50,028 nucleotides of DNA from Chiloscyllium plagiosum (Eukaryota): the NCBI RefSeq assembly GCF_004010195.1, contig NC_057719.1:47176735-47226762 (forward strand), given 5' to 3'. This document shows positions 12,872 to 24,345 of this stretch, piece by piece. The notes beneath the pieces are model-generated. The model did no database searches and was not told where the DNA came from. It worked only from the letters and a program-made list of their open reading frames with translations. How positions within the stretch are numbered: the first letter of the stretch is position 1; each line of letters starts with the position of its first letter. The position numbers were made by a program, and so were the translations under genes.

Positions 12872-13146
12872 TGGAGGAGCAGGTGTTGGACTGGGGTGGA
12901 CAAAGTTAAAAATCACACAACACCAGGTTATAGTCCAGCAGGTTTATTCGGAAGCACTAGCTTTCAAAGTGCTGCCTCTTCATCAGGTGATTGTGGAACA
13001 GGACCAGAAGACACAGAATTTATAGCAAAAAAGGTTACAGTGTCATGGAGCTGAAACAACCACCTGATGAAGAGGAAGCGCTTTGAAAGCTAGTGCTTCC
13101 AAATAAACCTGCTAGACTATAACCTGGTGTTGTGTGATTTTTAACT
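12872..13146. mobile_element. PLE fold-back insertion (family B) with two hammerhead-like motifs
   Basis: Arms ~12903-12994 / 13056-13147, 31-nt left extension, perfect 14-bp TSD TGATCTAAAAGATT at 12858-12871 and 13147-13160; CAC-CTGATGA...GAAAGCTA-GTG at 12955-12989(-) and 13061-13095(+) with weakened helix II. Confidence 0.9.
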
Positions 13147-13199
13147 TGATCTAAAAGATTGCAAAACATTCAAGTTAGAGATTCCTCATTCAGTGGTCA

Positions 13200-15050
13200 C
13201 ACTTAAATGGAGACCTGAGTGCGAACAGCTGGGTTGGAAAGACTGAATTGAAACATTGGCAGGGAAGTGGTAGCTGGACAAGGGCTACCTTCAAAGGGGA
13301 AATGATTCAGATATAGCCAGTCAACATATTTTCCCTCAAAAGGGAAAGATAAGGCAAACAAATCCAGAGTTCCTTGGCAATACTCCCTCAACCCTTGTTT
13401 TTGGGGTACAGAATTCCAAAGTCTATGCATAGCATTGAGGCAATACGTCGGCACATGTAGAGAACACAGAGGAACCTGAGAGCAACTGCGCTGCCAGACA
13501 GCTTAAAGGGAACATTGCTCCCTAGATGACAAAGGAAACAGAAAATAAGTTAAAGAAGGAAAATTGTGTTTATGACCAGTGTCAGGAAATAAGTACAACT
13601 GAAAGCCATACAGAATAATGAAGATTCAGAACGGAGGTGATAAAACAAATAATTAGGAGCAGAGAGGCATCACAAGAAAAGGCTGACAGTTAACATAAAA
13701 CAAAGTCCCAAAGTCTTCTATACACACATCAACCGTAAAAGCACGTAAAAGGAGGAGTAGGAACTAAGAGGGGATTCACACAGACAGGCAAAAGGCATGA
13801 TTATGGTGTTAAATCAATATTTGTCTTTTGTTTTTACCTACAGATGCTGCCAGGTCAGGATGACAGAAGAGGAAACTCAGTCACTAGAAGGGTCTAATAT
13901 TGAAAAGGAGGAGTTATTGAATAAGATATCAATGATTAAAGCTGATAAAGCACCAGGACCCAGTGTGATACATCTAAGGATATTGAAGGAAATAAGAATG
14001 GAAATTGTAGAGATAGCAGCAACAATCTTTCAATCTTCCCCAGACTTGAAGGACTGAATAAGTGCAAACATCACACCCTTGTTCAAAAAAGTTGTACAGA
14101 TAAGCCCAGCAATCACAGAACATCCGATTTATCTTCAATGGTGGTGAAACTGCTGGAAATAGTTATTTGCAATAGGATTACGTCATATGGAAAAAATGGG
14201 TTAATCCAAAAGAGTCAGCATGAATTCAGTAAAAGAAGATCATGACTAACATGGAGTTTTTTGAAGACACAACAAAGAAAGTTGATGAGAATATTGATGC
14301 AGTGTGCATGGATTTCCAATAAGTTCTTGATAGAATTATGAGAAAGGTGATAACTCATGGAATAAAAAGGTCAGTTCATGCAAAATTGGCTAAGGGATAG
14401 GAAATAGAGAGTAATGATTATTGGGAATTTTTCAGGCTGGAGGATGGTTTGTCATGGAGTTGGCTAGGGATTTGTATGGAGACTTTTGCTTTTCCTGACA
14501 TAAGTATCTATAAATGACCCAGATCTTGGTGTGGAAGGGACTATTTCAAAAGTCTGTAGATTACACAGAACTTGGGAGCAGCTGGTATAAAACTTCAAAG
14601 GGACATAAGCAATCAAGTGGAGTGGACAGATTGGTGGCACAAACCATTCAATGCAGAGAATTGGGAATAATACATTTTGGTACAAACAATCGGGAGAGAC
14701 AGTATAAGATAAAAGATGCCATACTAAAGATTGGGTGGGAGCAGACAGAGCTGGACATATGTATATAAGTCATAAAAGTTGGTAGGACAAGTAGAGGTGT
14801 TGTCAGTAAACCATGTAGTATACTCGGCTTAATTAATAAGGGCATGGAGTATAGGACTAAGGAAGTCATAATAAACTTAAACAAGACACTAGTTAGACCT
14901 CAGCTAGTGCACTGTTTAGGGGTCTGGGCACAACACCAAAGGAAGGATGTGAATGCATTGGAAAAAATGCAGAAGGTGTTCAGAAGAATTGTACTAGGGA
15001 TGAGATACTTCAGTTATGAGAATAACTTGAAGAAGTTAGGGACTATTTTT
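13200..15050 (+). mobile_element. Degenerate CR1 LINE ORF2 (reverse transcriptase)
   Basis: KADKAPGPSVIHLRILKEIRMEIVE..ATIFQSS; MEYRTKEVIINLNKTLVRPQLVHC..VWA..RKDVNALEKMQK; many stops and frameshifts. Confidence 0.85.
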
Positions 15051-15054
15051 GTTG

Positions 15055-16200
15055 GGTCAGTCGTCAACAGACCATTAGTTAGGGATAGTTATATGCCATT
15101 ATGTATGCCATAAAGACTCAGACAGACAGACATATTAAAATTGCCTAATGCTATATGTACCAGAAAAAACTTCAAAGCTTGGTTTGGAACTACAGTGGAT
15201 CAATTGAAGCGTAAGGTTTAGTCCTTTTTTCTGACATAGAAACATTTTCATCAGTCAGAACAAATTATTTACCAGCTTTTGATATGAAGTTGCAAGAAAT
15301 CAGTGAAGCACAAAAGGCAAGGTCAATTTTACAGAGATCGGGAAATTCTAGCCAGGTAGGTGGTAAAAATATAGTCCAAATGATCAGCTTTTCTGGAAGT
15401 ATCATGAAGAAAGGAAAATTTTGACTGTAATAGATGATCTTCTTGTCTTTAACTATAGGCAAGTAATACCCAAAGAAAATCTTCATTGAATCTTCATTGA
15501 AGGTCGGTTGGTAAAAATGAAGTGTAGAGCTCATGCATAGCTGTCTGTATGGAGGCAAGACAATTGGAAGAAATTGATCTTTTCATATCATTCTGCCATA
15601 GTTGTGCAATTAATAATCAGATATCAACTGAACCTTTAATATCTGGTGCATTCCCAGATTGGTCATGGCAAAAGTTAGGATTAGACATCTTTAGCTTTAA
15701 TGTGATCAAATATTCTTGCCCTTGAGAGTATTATCCCAGGTGACTAAAAGTTATGATACTGCACACAATGACAACTGGGGCATTGATGAAGTCACTGAAG
15801 TAAATCTTATTCACACACAACTTTCCAGCTGAGACTGTTTCAGAAAAATGTCTGCAATTTGTGAATGAATATATTAAGAAATTAGTACCAGAATCTGGAG
15901 TTAATCATGTCACTACTTCTCCTAATCATTCACAGAGAAGCCAAGAAAGTGGTGAAAATCATGGAGGTGCTAATGATAAGAATACTGACTGGGATTTACA
16001 GAATTACAAAGGGACACCCTTGAATAATGGAAATGCACCAGCAGAACTGCTTATGGATAGAAAGCTACAGCAAAACTTCTCTAGACAACAAGAGTAGGAG
16101 CAACTGAGGATGATCAAAAGAGAAAACAGAAGAGCCAACATAATTGCTGGCATAGAGCAAAGACTAAATTGGCTTTGGTACCCAGCTAGAAGGTATGGAT
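15055..16200 (+). mobile_element. Gypsy LTR-retrotransposon pol remnant (integrase)
   Basis: EPLISGAFPDWSWQKLGLDIF...FTHNFPAETVSE...GVNHVTTSPNHSQ...YKGTPLNNGNAPAELLMDRKL follows the Gypsy integrase pattern (PWQKVG.DLF...HG.P..V.SDNG...H.TSSP.YPQ...TP..G.SPAELL.GR.L). Confidence 0.8.
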
Positions 16201-16216
16201 CACAGACCCTCCAATT

Positions 16217-16640
16217 TGTTACAACCAGTCACTGGGCAAAGTTCCCTAATTTGTTATGCTTCCAGATAAGGCATCGTAAATTATCAAGCTCTCAGATAAG
16301 GAGAGATGAACTGTCTCTCCTTTGTATTTACACCTCTGAAACCACTTTCCCACCCCCCAACCCCAAGCCCTCTCAGAAACTGAGAGGTAACTCATGGGAT
16401 ATGGGTTTCTATTGTGAGGAGGTAATTAGATGTCTTGCATTTCTGTCTTTTGACATTTCTTCAATTTGAAGTTTCTACGATACCCATCAGGTGTGACATT
16501 CCAGAATTCCTCACCAGATAGATATTGAATTTAAATTCAGAGTCACCATTTGGCTAGCTTTATCTGAAAAAAAACACACATGTTGCAATTAAAAGTTCAG
16601 TATGTTAGTTGGTATTTCCGGACTCTGATTCATTGTCACA
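16217..16640. mobile_element. Putative solo LTR
   Basis: Begins TGTTACAA, ends TTGTCACA (TG...CA, imperfect inverted ends); 3' part (TCAGGTGTGACATTCCAG...) recurs at ~46795-46940 and weakly ~34700-34870; no TSD found. Confidence 0.5.
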
Positions 16641-17090
16641 ACAATATTAAATTCAGCTTGAAAGGTATGGTGCAGTGACAGATTAAACTGCGTGAAGGAC
16701 AAGAAAAGTGTCAGATTGAGTTCAAGTGAAGAGGAAAGAAAATGGCAGCATGAACTGAATGAAGGAGTATCCAAAAGATGGAAAGAGTGCCATTTGGAAT
16801 ATAGGGAGCAGACAATAAAAAGACTAGCAAGAGGCAGGCAATGGTTAAGAGAGAGGGAGAGAAAGTAAAAATGATGATGAAGAGGGAGGAGGAGAGAGGG
16901 GAAAAGTTGCATCTTTATTACGGCGACAACTCCATAAACAATTTAACAATCAAATTTTGCAACAGACTATGACAACACATCACCACAATGGGCACAAATT
17001 TCTCCATAATGAAGAATGGGAAGTTAACATTTTGATTGTAATCTTACATTACAGTGATAAAATGTTAGCTATTATAGCAGATTAAGTTAT

Positions 17091-17415
17091 GGAGGCAGTA
17101 TGGTGGCTCAATGGTTAGCACAGTTCAAAGGACCCAGGTTCAATTCCACCCTCAGGTGACTGTCTGTGTGGAGTTTGCACATTTTCCCCGTGCCTGTGTG
17201 GGTTTCCCCTTGGTGCTCCCATTTTGTCCCACAGTCCACAGATGAGCAGCCCATGCTAAATTGCCCATCATGTCCAGGGATGTGCAGGCTAGATGGATTA
17301 GCTATGGGAAATGCAGGGATAGGGACGGACGTGGGTCTGGGTGAGATGATCTTCAGAGGGTCGTTGTGGATTTGATGGGCTGAATGGCCTACCTACACAC
17401 TATAGGGATTCTATG
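17091..17415 (+). mobile_element. HE1-type tRNA-derived SINE
   Basis: A box TGGCTCAATGG, B box GGTTCAATTCC, GTCTGTGTGGAGTTTGCACATT core, CR1-like tail GGGCTGAATGGCC. Confidence 0.9.
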
Positions 17416-18153
17416 AAGTTACAATGTCCAATGGTTCACTTTAACAATGCTATTTTTCTACATCTAGTGTTCCGTTCTGCATTTTGAGTTTGTATTTTTT
17501 TCTAAGCCTTTGTTAATTTTCCAGATTGGCAAGTTGGTATACAAGTTGTTGTTAAATCAATGGAGGCAGCAAAACCTGCTTATCATCATTTCCTCTCCAA
17601 AAATGATCAGTTCTGTCAAACAAGAATAACTGTTCAGAACATCCAGTTAAAATTTACTACTGGTATTCCAGGGCTTTGTTGAAACAGATGGCATTTAATC
17701 AGCAAATTATGTGGGCAGTTTACCAACATCCCTCGGGAACAGAGGAGTGTTTCAATTCACTTTTGTCTTATCTATTGACACAGCAGGCTGTGCAGTAATC
17801 ATGTAGCATCACAAATCAAGCTTCTTTCTTCACTGATCATGTCATCACAAGCAAATTTAACAGTCTTTCATATAATGTGGCAAAAAGTGTTCCTTTTCTC
17901 ACTGGAAAACTCATTCGCCTCAGTTCTCGGTGTAATATAAAGCTGCTTTCTGACCTTTAGATCTTTAATCACTTCAGATAAATAATGACCTTAGACTCAG
18001 TGAAGCTGAAACTGCACGGGGTTCCACTGGCCTCCCATCGTAACTCCAGACAGAAATTTCAGCCCTATTTATAGAATTAACTGCATGTGTTACGTAGCCA
18101 GAATCTAAACCTCCTCTTCAGATTTCATCCCACAACTGCAGGAGGATAGTTTC

Positions 18154-18278
18154 CTAATGAAGGGTTTATGCCTGAAATGTCGATTCTCCTGCTCCTTGGA
18201 TGCTGCCTGATCTGCTGCGCTTTTCCAGCACCACATGCTTTGACTCTGATCTCCAGCATCTGCAGTGCTCACTTTCTC
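18154..18278 (+). mobile_element. PLE terminal-repeat solo insertion (family A), decayed hammerhead
   Basis: TSD CTGCA(G/A)GAGGATAGTTTC at 18136-18153 and 18279-18296; core decayed (CTAATGA...TGAAATGTC). Confidence 0.85.
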
Positions 18279-18679
18279 CTGCAAGAGGATAGTTTCAGTC
18301 CTGATCATGCTCCAATATCTTGTCTAAGTGACTACTGTTCTACTGGAAGCCTATGACAGTGATCACTGGTGAGTTATTACTACGCAATGATTGTCAAAGC
18401 CCAGTTCTCCCTTCACTTGACCTCTACACACACACACACCCTTGCAGCGGAGGTCAATGGAATGTTTGTTGATATCCTAACTCATGGGCATTCACACACA
18501 CTGTACCAACTAAACCTCAGTGAACTGACGACCAGCTTAGAGATGGGGAATCTGGATCTTTCTATCTTGACAGTACACATATTTTTGTCCTTAGCTAGAA
18601 GTAATGTAGTCTGGAAAATTGTGCCTGAAATTCTTCAGGGACTTTACTGTGCAGCACATTGGGAAGATGGAGTAGGCAA

Positions 18680-18937
18680 CCCAAAAAGCACTCTCCAAAA
18701 CCATGGCCACTACCATTTAGAAGGACAAGGGCAGCAAATGGAAATATACCCCAATTTCTGTAGTGGTTCTGGGTCAAAATCCTGGAACTCCCTCCTTAAC
18801 TGCATTGAGAGTCTACCTATACCCAATTGCAGTGGTTCAGAAATGAAGCTCATCAGTACCTACACAAAGGTAACTAAAGATGGGCAATGAATACTGGCAC
18901 AACCAGAAAAGCCCACATTCCCTGAATGAATGAAAAA
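18680..18937 (+). mobile_element. CR1/L2-group LINE 3' end (family 2)
   Basis: GSKSWNSL motif in ORF 18369-18890; TGAATGAATGAAAAA tail. Confidence 0.75.
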
Positions 18938-21643
18938 GTCCCAGGTAATGCTAAATGTGGGGTTCAATAGTTATAATCAGAGAAGCATAGATTAGGAAAC
19001 AATGAGTTATATGTTCAGAAATTGTCAAGATAATAATGAACTACCACTACATTCATTTTAAGAGATTCATTTTAATACTGAAACTATTTTAATTAGATGA
19101 AGATTGGTTAAACCAAAGCTTCTCATTATCTTCACTCGGAGTATAAGAGTTCACCAATGGTAAATAGGAAAAGGAGCAGATATCTGCTAGTCTGAGATTT
19201 AATTAATATCTGAAATTAGAGTTTCTCTCTAGTTCTATCCTATGTTTGTCCTATTACTAATTTCTGTTCAGTCTTGCTTGTTTTGCTTAAATAGTTTGGC
19301 CGGTAGATCTTCTGTTGCCGATGCTCTGATTGTGAGTAAGGTTAACATTTCAATGAAGTTCCCTACATCTTAAATTATTTGGTGGATGCTTACAATGATG
19401 AAAAGATGGATTTTGTGGTGGATTACGGGTGTCCTGGATTTCCTTTACTCATTAAGGCATATCCACAGGCAAGGGCAACCTTGCTTGGAAAACTGCATGG
19501 AGATGCCTTTAATTTGGGTCAAAGGGGAGCAATGATTCCTGCTCCTGCACCTACTGTCTAAAATCCAGCTAAACCAGTTCAGCTTTTCATCAATGGTGAC
19601 CCCATGATGTTGGCATTGCTGGACCCTATGATGACAATGCCATCAAAAACCTAGGGAATGCTTTCTCTTGAGCAGAATGGTTGTTACTTGGTACATGATT
19701 GAAACAATTATTGTCTAGGCCCCATAGTAAACTGGCTTGGACTGCTTTTATTTTATGTTCAATATCCTCTCAGCATCACTGCTAGTCCAATAACTATATC
19801 TTACATCCCCAACAATTTATTGTGCCTATAAATTACTCTAAATATAGGTAAACAAAATCAGGACACTGATCACAACAGAGAATCCCTATCCAGTGCTCCA
19901 AGCGCCAGAAAGTATCATATCACCACAGGAATTTCACCTCTTTGAAAAACAAACTGAACGTATTTTTGATCAGGTTGAGTTTCTGGCTCTTTACCAGGCA
20001 AATTGTTTATTTCAACTAAACAGGAAAATAACCAGTCTACAGAGTGAATCAAACATAACCACTACCTGACTTGATCCACGCATTCTCTCTGCATGCAGGT
20101 ATTAAAGTAGATTCTCACTTCTTACGCTGTGAACATTTCTGCAATTTGGAATTGGACTGGCTTCCCTGCTGGAATTGTACAAACCAAAACCACAGAACCT
20201 TTCTTATGCATTAAGCTTACCAATTCCTGGGGAAAACAGATTTCCCTCATGAATAAAATCCAAGCTCCTTTGAAGGTGGACAGAAACGAAAGGTTGCATT
20301 TCTTGTCTCAGTGTAACATATATATATATATATCCGATTGCTGATATTGCCTTATGATGCCAAACACACCAGGTGAAATCCACACCCTCCAACTATGCCA
20401 TGTCCAATTCCTGCTACACTCTCAGGACCTACCATGTCAACTTTGTGTTTATTGAGGAATCTATAATTATCTTCCAGTTTTGATCCAGTTTCTTTGTCAC
20501 ACTTTCATTTATTAATTAAGGCACAGGCCAGCAACACCTGCCCATTTTTCCATTTACTACCAGTGAACTCTTATATTCCCAGTGAAGATAATGAGAAACT
20601 TTGATTTAACCAATCTTCATCCAATAAAAGTAGTTTCAATATTAAAATGCAGCAGAGTATAAGATGCAATGCTGATGTATTGGAAGTTTGAACTGTACAC
20701 AAACTGAAAGTCTAGCAGCTAATCTGCATCTTGGCCGGTGTGCAAATAAATAAATATGCACAATGCAAGTCAGTCACATGGTGAGTTTCTTTTATGGGAT
20801 CATCTTTCCACAGTTAAGATTAAAATGACAAAATGATATTTGTCATAGAATTATGGAGATGTACAGCTTGCTAGGCTATTAACATGGATATATAGTAGAA
20901 GGTTGTTTACTCAAAGCTCAGCATACATCTTAATCAAGTTTCAAGAAGATGAGAAGGAAATATTCATTTACTGTTCATCAATTTAATATTGTGAAATGCT
21001 GGACAACCTTCCCTTGGCAGACCTCCTGAGACACCAACCTTTTTTCCTTATCTGCTGCCACACCTACTGAATATTTGAGGCTGCAATGACTGTGGTATTT
21101 CCTGCTCAGCAGTTTGAATGTTTCTTCTGTAAGGAGGTTGCCGTGTGATGCCAAAGAAAGCAAACCTCCCTGCCAGCAAGCACTTCTTTCATGAGCACTT
21201 CCAAACGTGCCTCAGAAAAAGGTGATGATTATCTTTCTTCAACCAGATCTCTCTGTGCCAAACAGGTGGATCAGCCCGTTGAATAGAAGCTGCAGCCTTT
21301 AACATCCATGTCAGCATGATTTTTCCTCCCTTCCTTGTTTTTCCACCCAGTAACAGAACATTTCCACACGCTGGGTCCAATACAAGCCAGAATTCATTAG
21401 GAATAGTTAACAGCGCTTCTTTAGGGAAACATCACAAGATTCTTCTGTCACGGTGTCACTGTGTTTGCTGAACCAAATTATTGCGCCCATTTCAATGTTG
21501 GCACCAGAAGATGTTCCCCAGAGACTGAAAGGATCAAAAAGAAAGGCATTGCAGAAATAAGTGAAATGTTAATAGGGTAATGATGATAGCCATAGACAAA
21601 AAATCAGAGTAGGGAGAGACAGGAGGCTAAAGGTGATTTGACA

Positions 21644-21874
21644 AACTACCTTCGTAGAAACTATATATGATTAAAAAGAAATGTCAGACAGCACTGAAAT
21701 AAATTAAATATGACTGGATTACTAATTGTAAGTTGAAACTTTATTGCTGGAACAGCACAGCAGGTCAGGCAGCATCAACTACCTTCGTAGAAACTATATA
21801 TGATTAAAAAGAAATGTCAGACAGCACTGAAATAAATTAAATATGACTGGATCAGATTTGATTACTAATTGTAA
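21644..21874. repeat. ~88-98 bp direct duplication flanking a 45-bp PLE fragment
   Basis: Copies 21644-21731 and 21777-21874 (second has 10 extra bp); intervening 21732-21776 GTTGAAACTTTATTGCTGGAACAGCACAGCAGGTCAGGCAGCATC matches the start of the 25864 copy. Confidence 0.9.
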
Positions 21875-22064
21875 CACAATTTTCAATAATTTGGCATTGA
21901 ATAAAATCAGGTTACCATCCAGGTTTGTTTAGGAATAAGATAATTCAAAACAAATCAAGGAAGAAAGCAAAAATGTAGATGTATTTGGCCTCCACACTTC
22001 TCTGCCATGTAAAGGAATGAGCAGGAAAAGAGAAATTTAGCAAGGATGAGTCTTATTCCAACTG

Positions 22065-22274
22065 TCAAAAAGAGCACACAACACCAGGTTATAGTCCAAC
22101 AGTTTATTTGGAAGCACTAGCTTTCAGAGCGCTGCTCCTTTGTCAGGTAGCTAGCTGATGAAGGAGCAGTTCTCCGAAAGTTTGTCCATCCAAATAAACC
22201 TGTTGGACAATAATCTGGAGTTGTGCGATTTGTAACTTTGTCCACCCCAGTTCAACACCAGTACCTCCACGCCA
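22065..22274. mobile_element. PLE fold-back insertion (family B), older
   Basis: Arms meet at TCAGGTAGCTAGCTGA (~22143-22158); probable diverged TSD TTATTCCAACTG (22053-22064) / TTATCCCAGCTG (22275-22286). Confidence 0.8.
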
Positions 22275-22302
22275 TTATCCCAGCTGGAATGGTGATCATC
22301 TG

Positions 22303-23150
22303 ATAGAAACATTGGAGCTGGAGTAGGCCATTCAGCTCCTTGAGCCTCCTCTGCCATCGAGCTCATGGCTGATCGTTAAGTTAATACAATTTTCCTGCAT
22401 AATTGCCATTTTTCCTTAATGTTACTAGTAAATAGAAAGCTATCAATCTCTCTTCGGATATTACTTATTGACTGAGCTTCCACAGCCATCTGGGATAGGG
22501 AATTTACAAAGGTTTACCATGTTCTAAAGTTCCTCTTTACTTCAGTCCTAAATGGTTTGTCTTTTATTCTGAGACTGTGTCCCCTCAATCTGGACTCCAC
22601 AGCCAGGTGAATCATTCTTTCTGTTTAATTGTTTAACTGTCTGTTGCTTTAAGAATTTTGCAAGTTTTTTTAACGTAAGATCACCCTTCATTCTTTTAAA
22701 CTCTAGAGAATACAGGCGTATTCTGGATCAGTGGTGCTGGAAGAGCACAGCAATTCAGGCAGCATCCGAGGATAGGCAAAATCGACGTTTCGGAGGCCTG
22801 TATGACAGGCTGCAGCCTGTGGGGCCCAGGTGAGTTTTGTCTGTGTATGACCGCAAGGTTTAATCTCCTCTCTCTGGGGAGGGGGGCTGGCTTTTACCAG
22901 GACCTCTGGTTAACCGGGTTCTTTTGCCCGAAACGTCGATTTTGCCTGTCCTCGGATGCTGCCTGAATTGCTGTGCTCTTCCAGCACCACTGATCCAGAA
23001 TCTGGTTTCCAGCATCTGCAGTCATTGTTTTTACCTCGTTGAGAATACAGGCGTAGTCTCATCTGTGTCTCCCCACTGAACAAACCTACCATCCCAGGAA
23101 TCAGTCTCATGAATCTTTGCTGCACTCCTTCTGTGGTAAGTATATCCTTC
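22303..23150 (-). mobile_element. Old CR1-type LINE 3' portion, interrupted by a PLE insertion
   Basis: GGAGTAGGCCATTCAGC tail; ORF 22910-23125 starts MQQRFMRLIPGMVGL, typical of CR1 ORF2. Confidence 0.7.
22721..23040. mobile_element. PLE fold-back insertion (family A) with 127-bp unrelated spacer
   Basis: Arms 22720-22793 / 22928-23001 nearly identical, 39-nt extension, perfect 15-bp TSD GAGAATACAGGCGTA at 22706-22720 and 23041-23055. Confidence 0.92.
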
Positions 23151-24167
23151 CTTATACAAGTCTATCCCTTCATTACTGCACTGTTTCATCAAAACAGGAA
23201 TCCAGGAAGCTCTAGTTGACTTCTGATTGAAGAAAAGAAACGTTGACCAGTCCAGTTTTCCCTCAGGGACACAGATTGCCTGCTATACACCAGCTAAAAC
23301 TCCTGCTGCTTTGCTTAAAACATTATCATATTTAGATGTTTTATGATACCACAAAAACAAAACAATAAAATTGCAAATTAGTGGCTTTAGTACTGACAGA
23401 TGTCCACTAAGGTAAAATCTAGTCCAATGACATTTGACAGCATCACGTAAGTATTCCAAACTATAGCCAGATTACAGACAATTCCTAATGTCACCTATCA
23501 TTTCACTCACATATTGAAGATGAAAAACACTTCACAGATAATAGAATATAATCTTCAGTTGAAATAAGTACAATAAAAAAATTCCAGTCTGATTAAATCC
23601 ATTCCAAAACACAAATGATAATCTGTTGTTTCTGCACAGTCATGCTTTAATAGTAAAGTTCACCACAGGACAATACATAAAGAACAAATTACACCCTTTA
23701 CTGCTCAAATTTGAACTTCAGTAGATGGCTTATTAAAAGAATTTCCGCTTTGCAAACAAATTCAAACTTCTAGTTTTCCCCTAGATTATGTTGTTACATT
23801 TAAGGTCAGGAGCTCTTTTAAAAAATGAGATATTGCAGAACAGGTATAAAATCTAACTGCCATGAATTGATTTTAAATAAAACTACAAATAAAATTGATA
23901 TAAAGATTGCTTTAAATATGAGCTTCACTTTTTTTCTTTAGAGCTGTTCCCCGCATTGATGTTGCAAATTCCTATAAAGGGGTTTACTTATCTCCTCAGA
24001 TTTTCACCTGTCCTTTTCCTTATGTTTTCAGAATTGCCGTGTGTTCTCAAAATTTTCTATTTTCATAGTTGCAATTTTACCTCATTAATTCATTAATCTC
24101 ATCAGTTCATTTCTTTGAAAAATAAATTTAGATCATTAGAATTTCAAATTGGTAATACAACAAAAAG

Positions 24168-24345
24168 CACTTCATTTACTTAGCACCCTTAACATAATAA
24201 AATGCTCCAAGGTACATCACAGCAATATTATCAAACAAAATTTGACGACAAACCAGATAAGAAAATATCAAGTCAAGTGACATTCGGCAAGTTTTAAGTG
24301 GCATCTCAGAGTTAGAATTCCTGAACAAGGGCCTCAGCTGTTGAG
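24168..24345 (-). mobile_element. L2 LINE 3' end fragment
   Basis: TTTAC.TAGCACCCTTAAC...TTATCAAACAAAATTTGAC resembles the reverse complement of an L2 tail (YLGAFYYVKGA). Confidence 0.5.

Noticed and set aside
17091..17160. tRNA gene (also 28882, 30093, 35425)
   Set aside because: A/B boxes belong to SINE heads; no full cloverleaf seen
18369..18890. 173-aa ORF
   Set aside because: 3' half is LINE tail sequence and 5' half looks random; no ATG start or splice support
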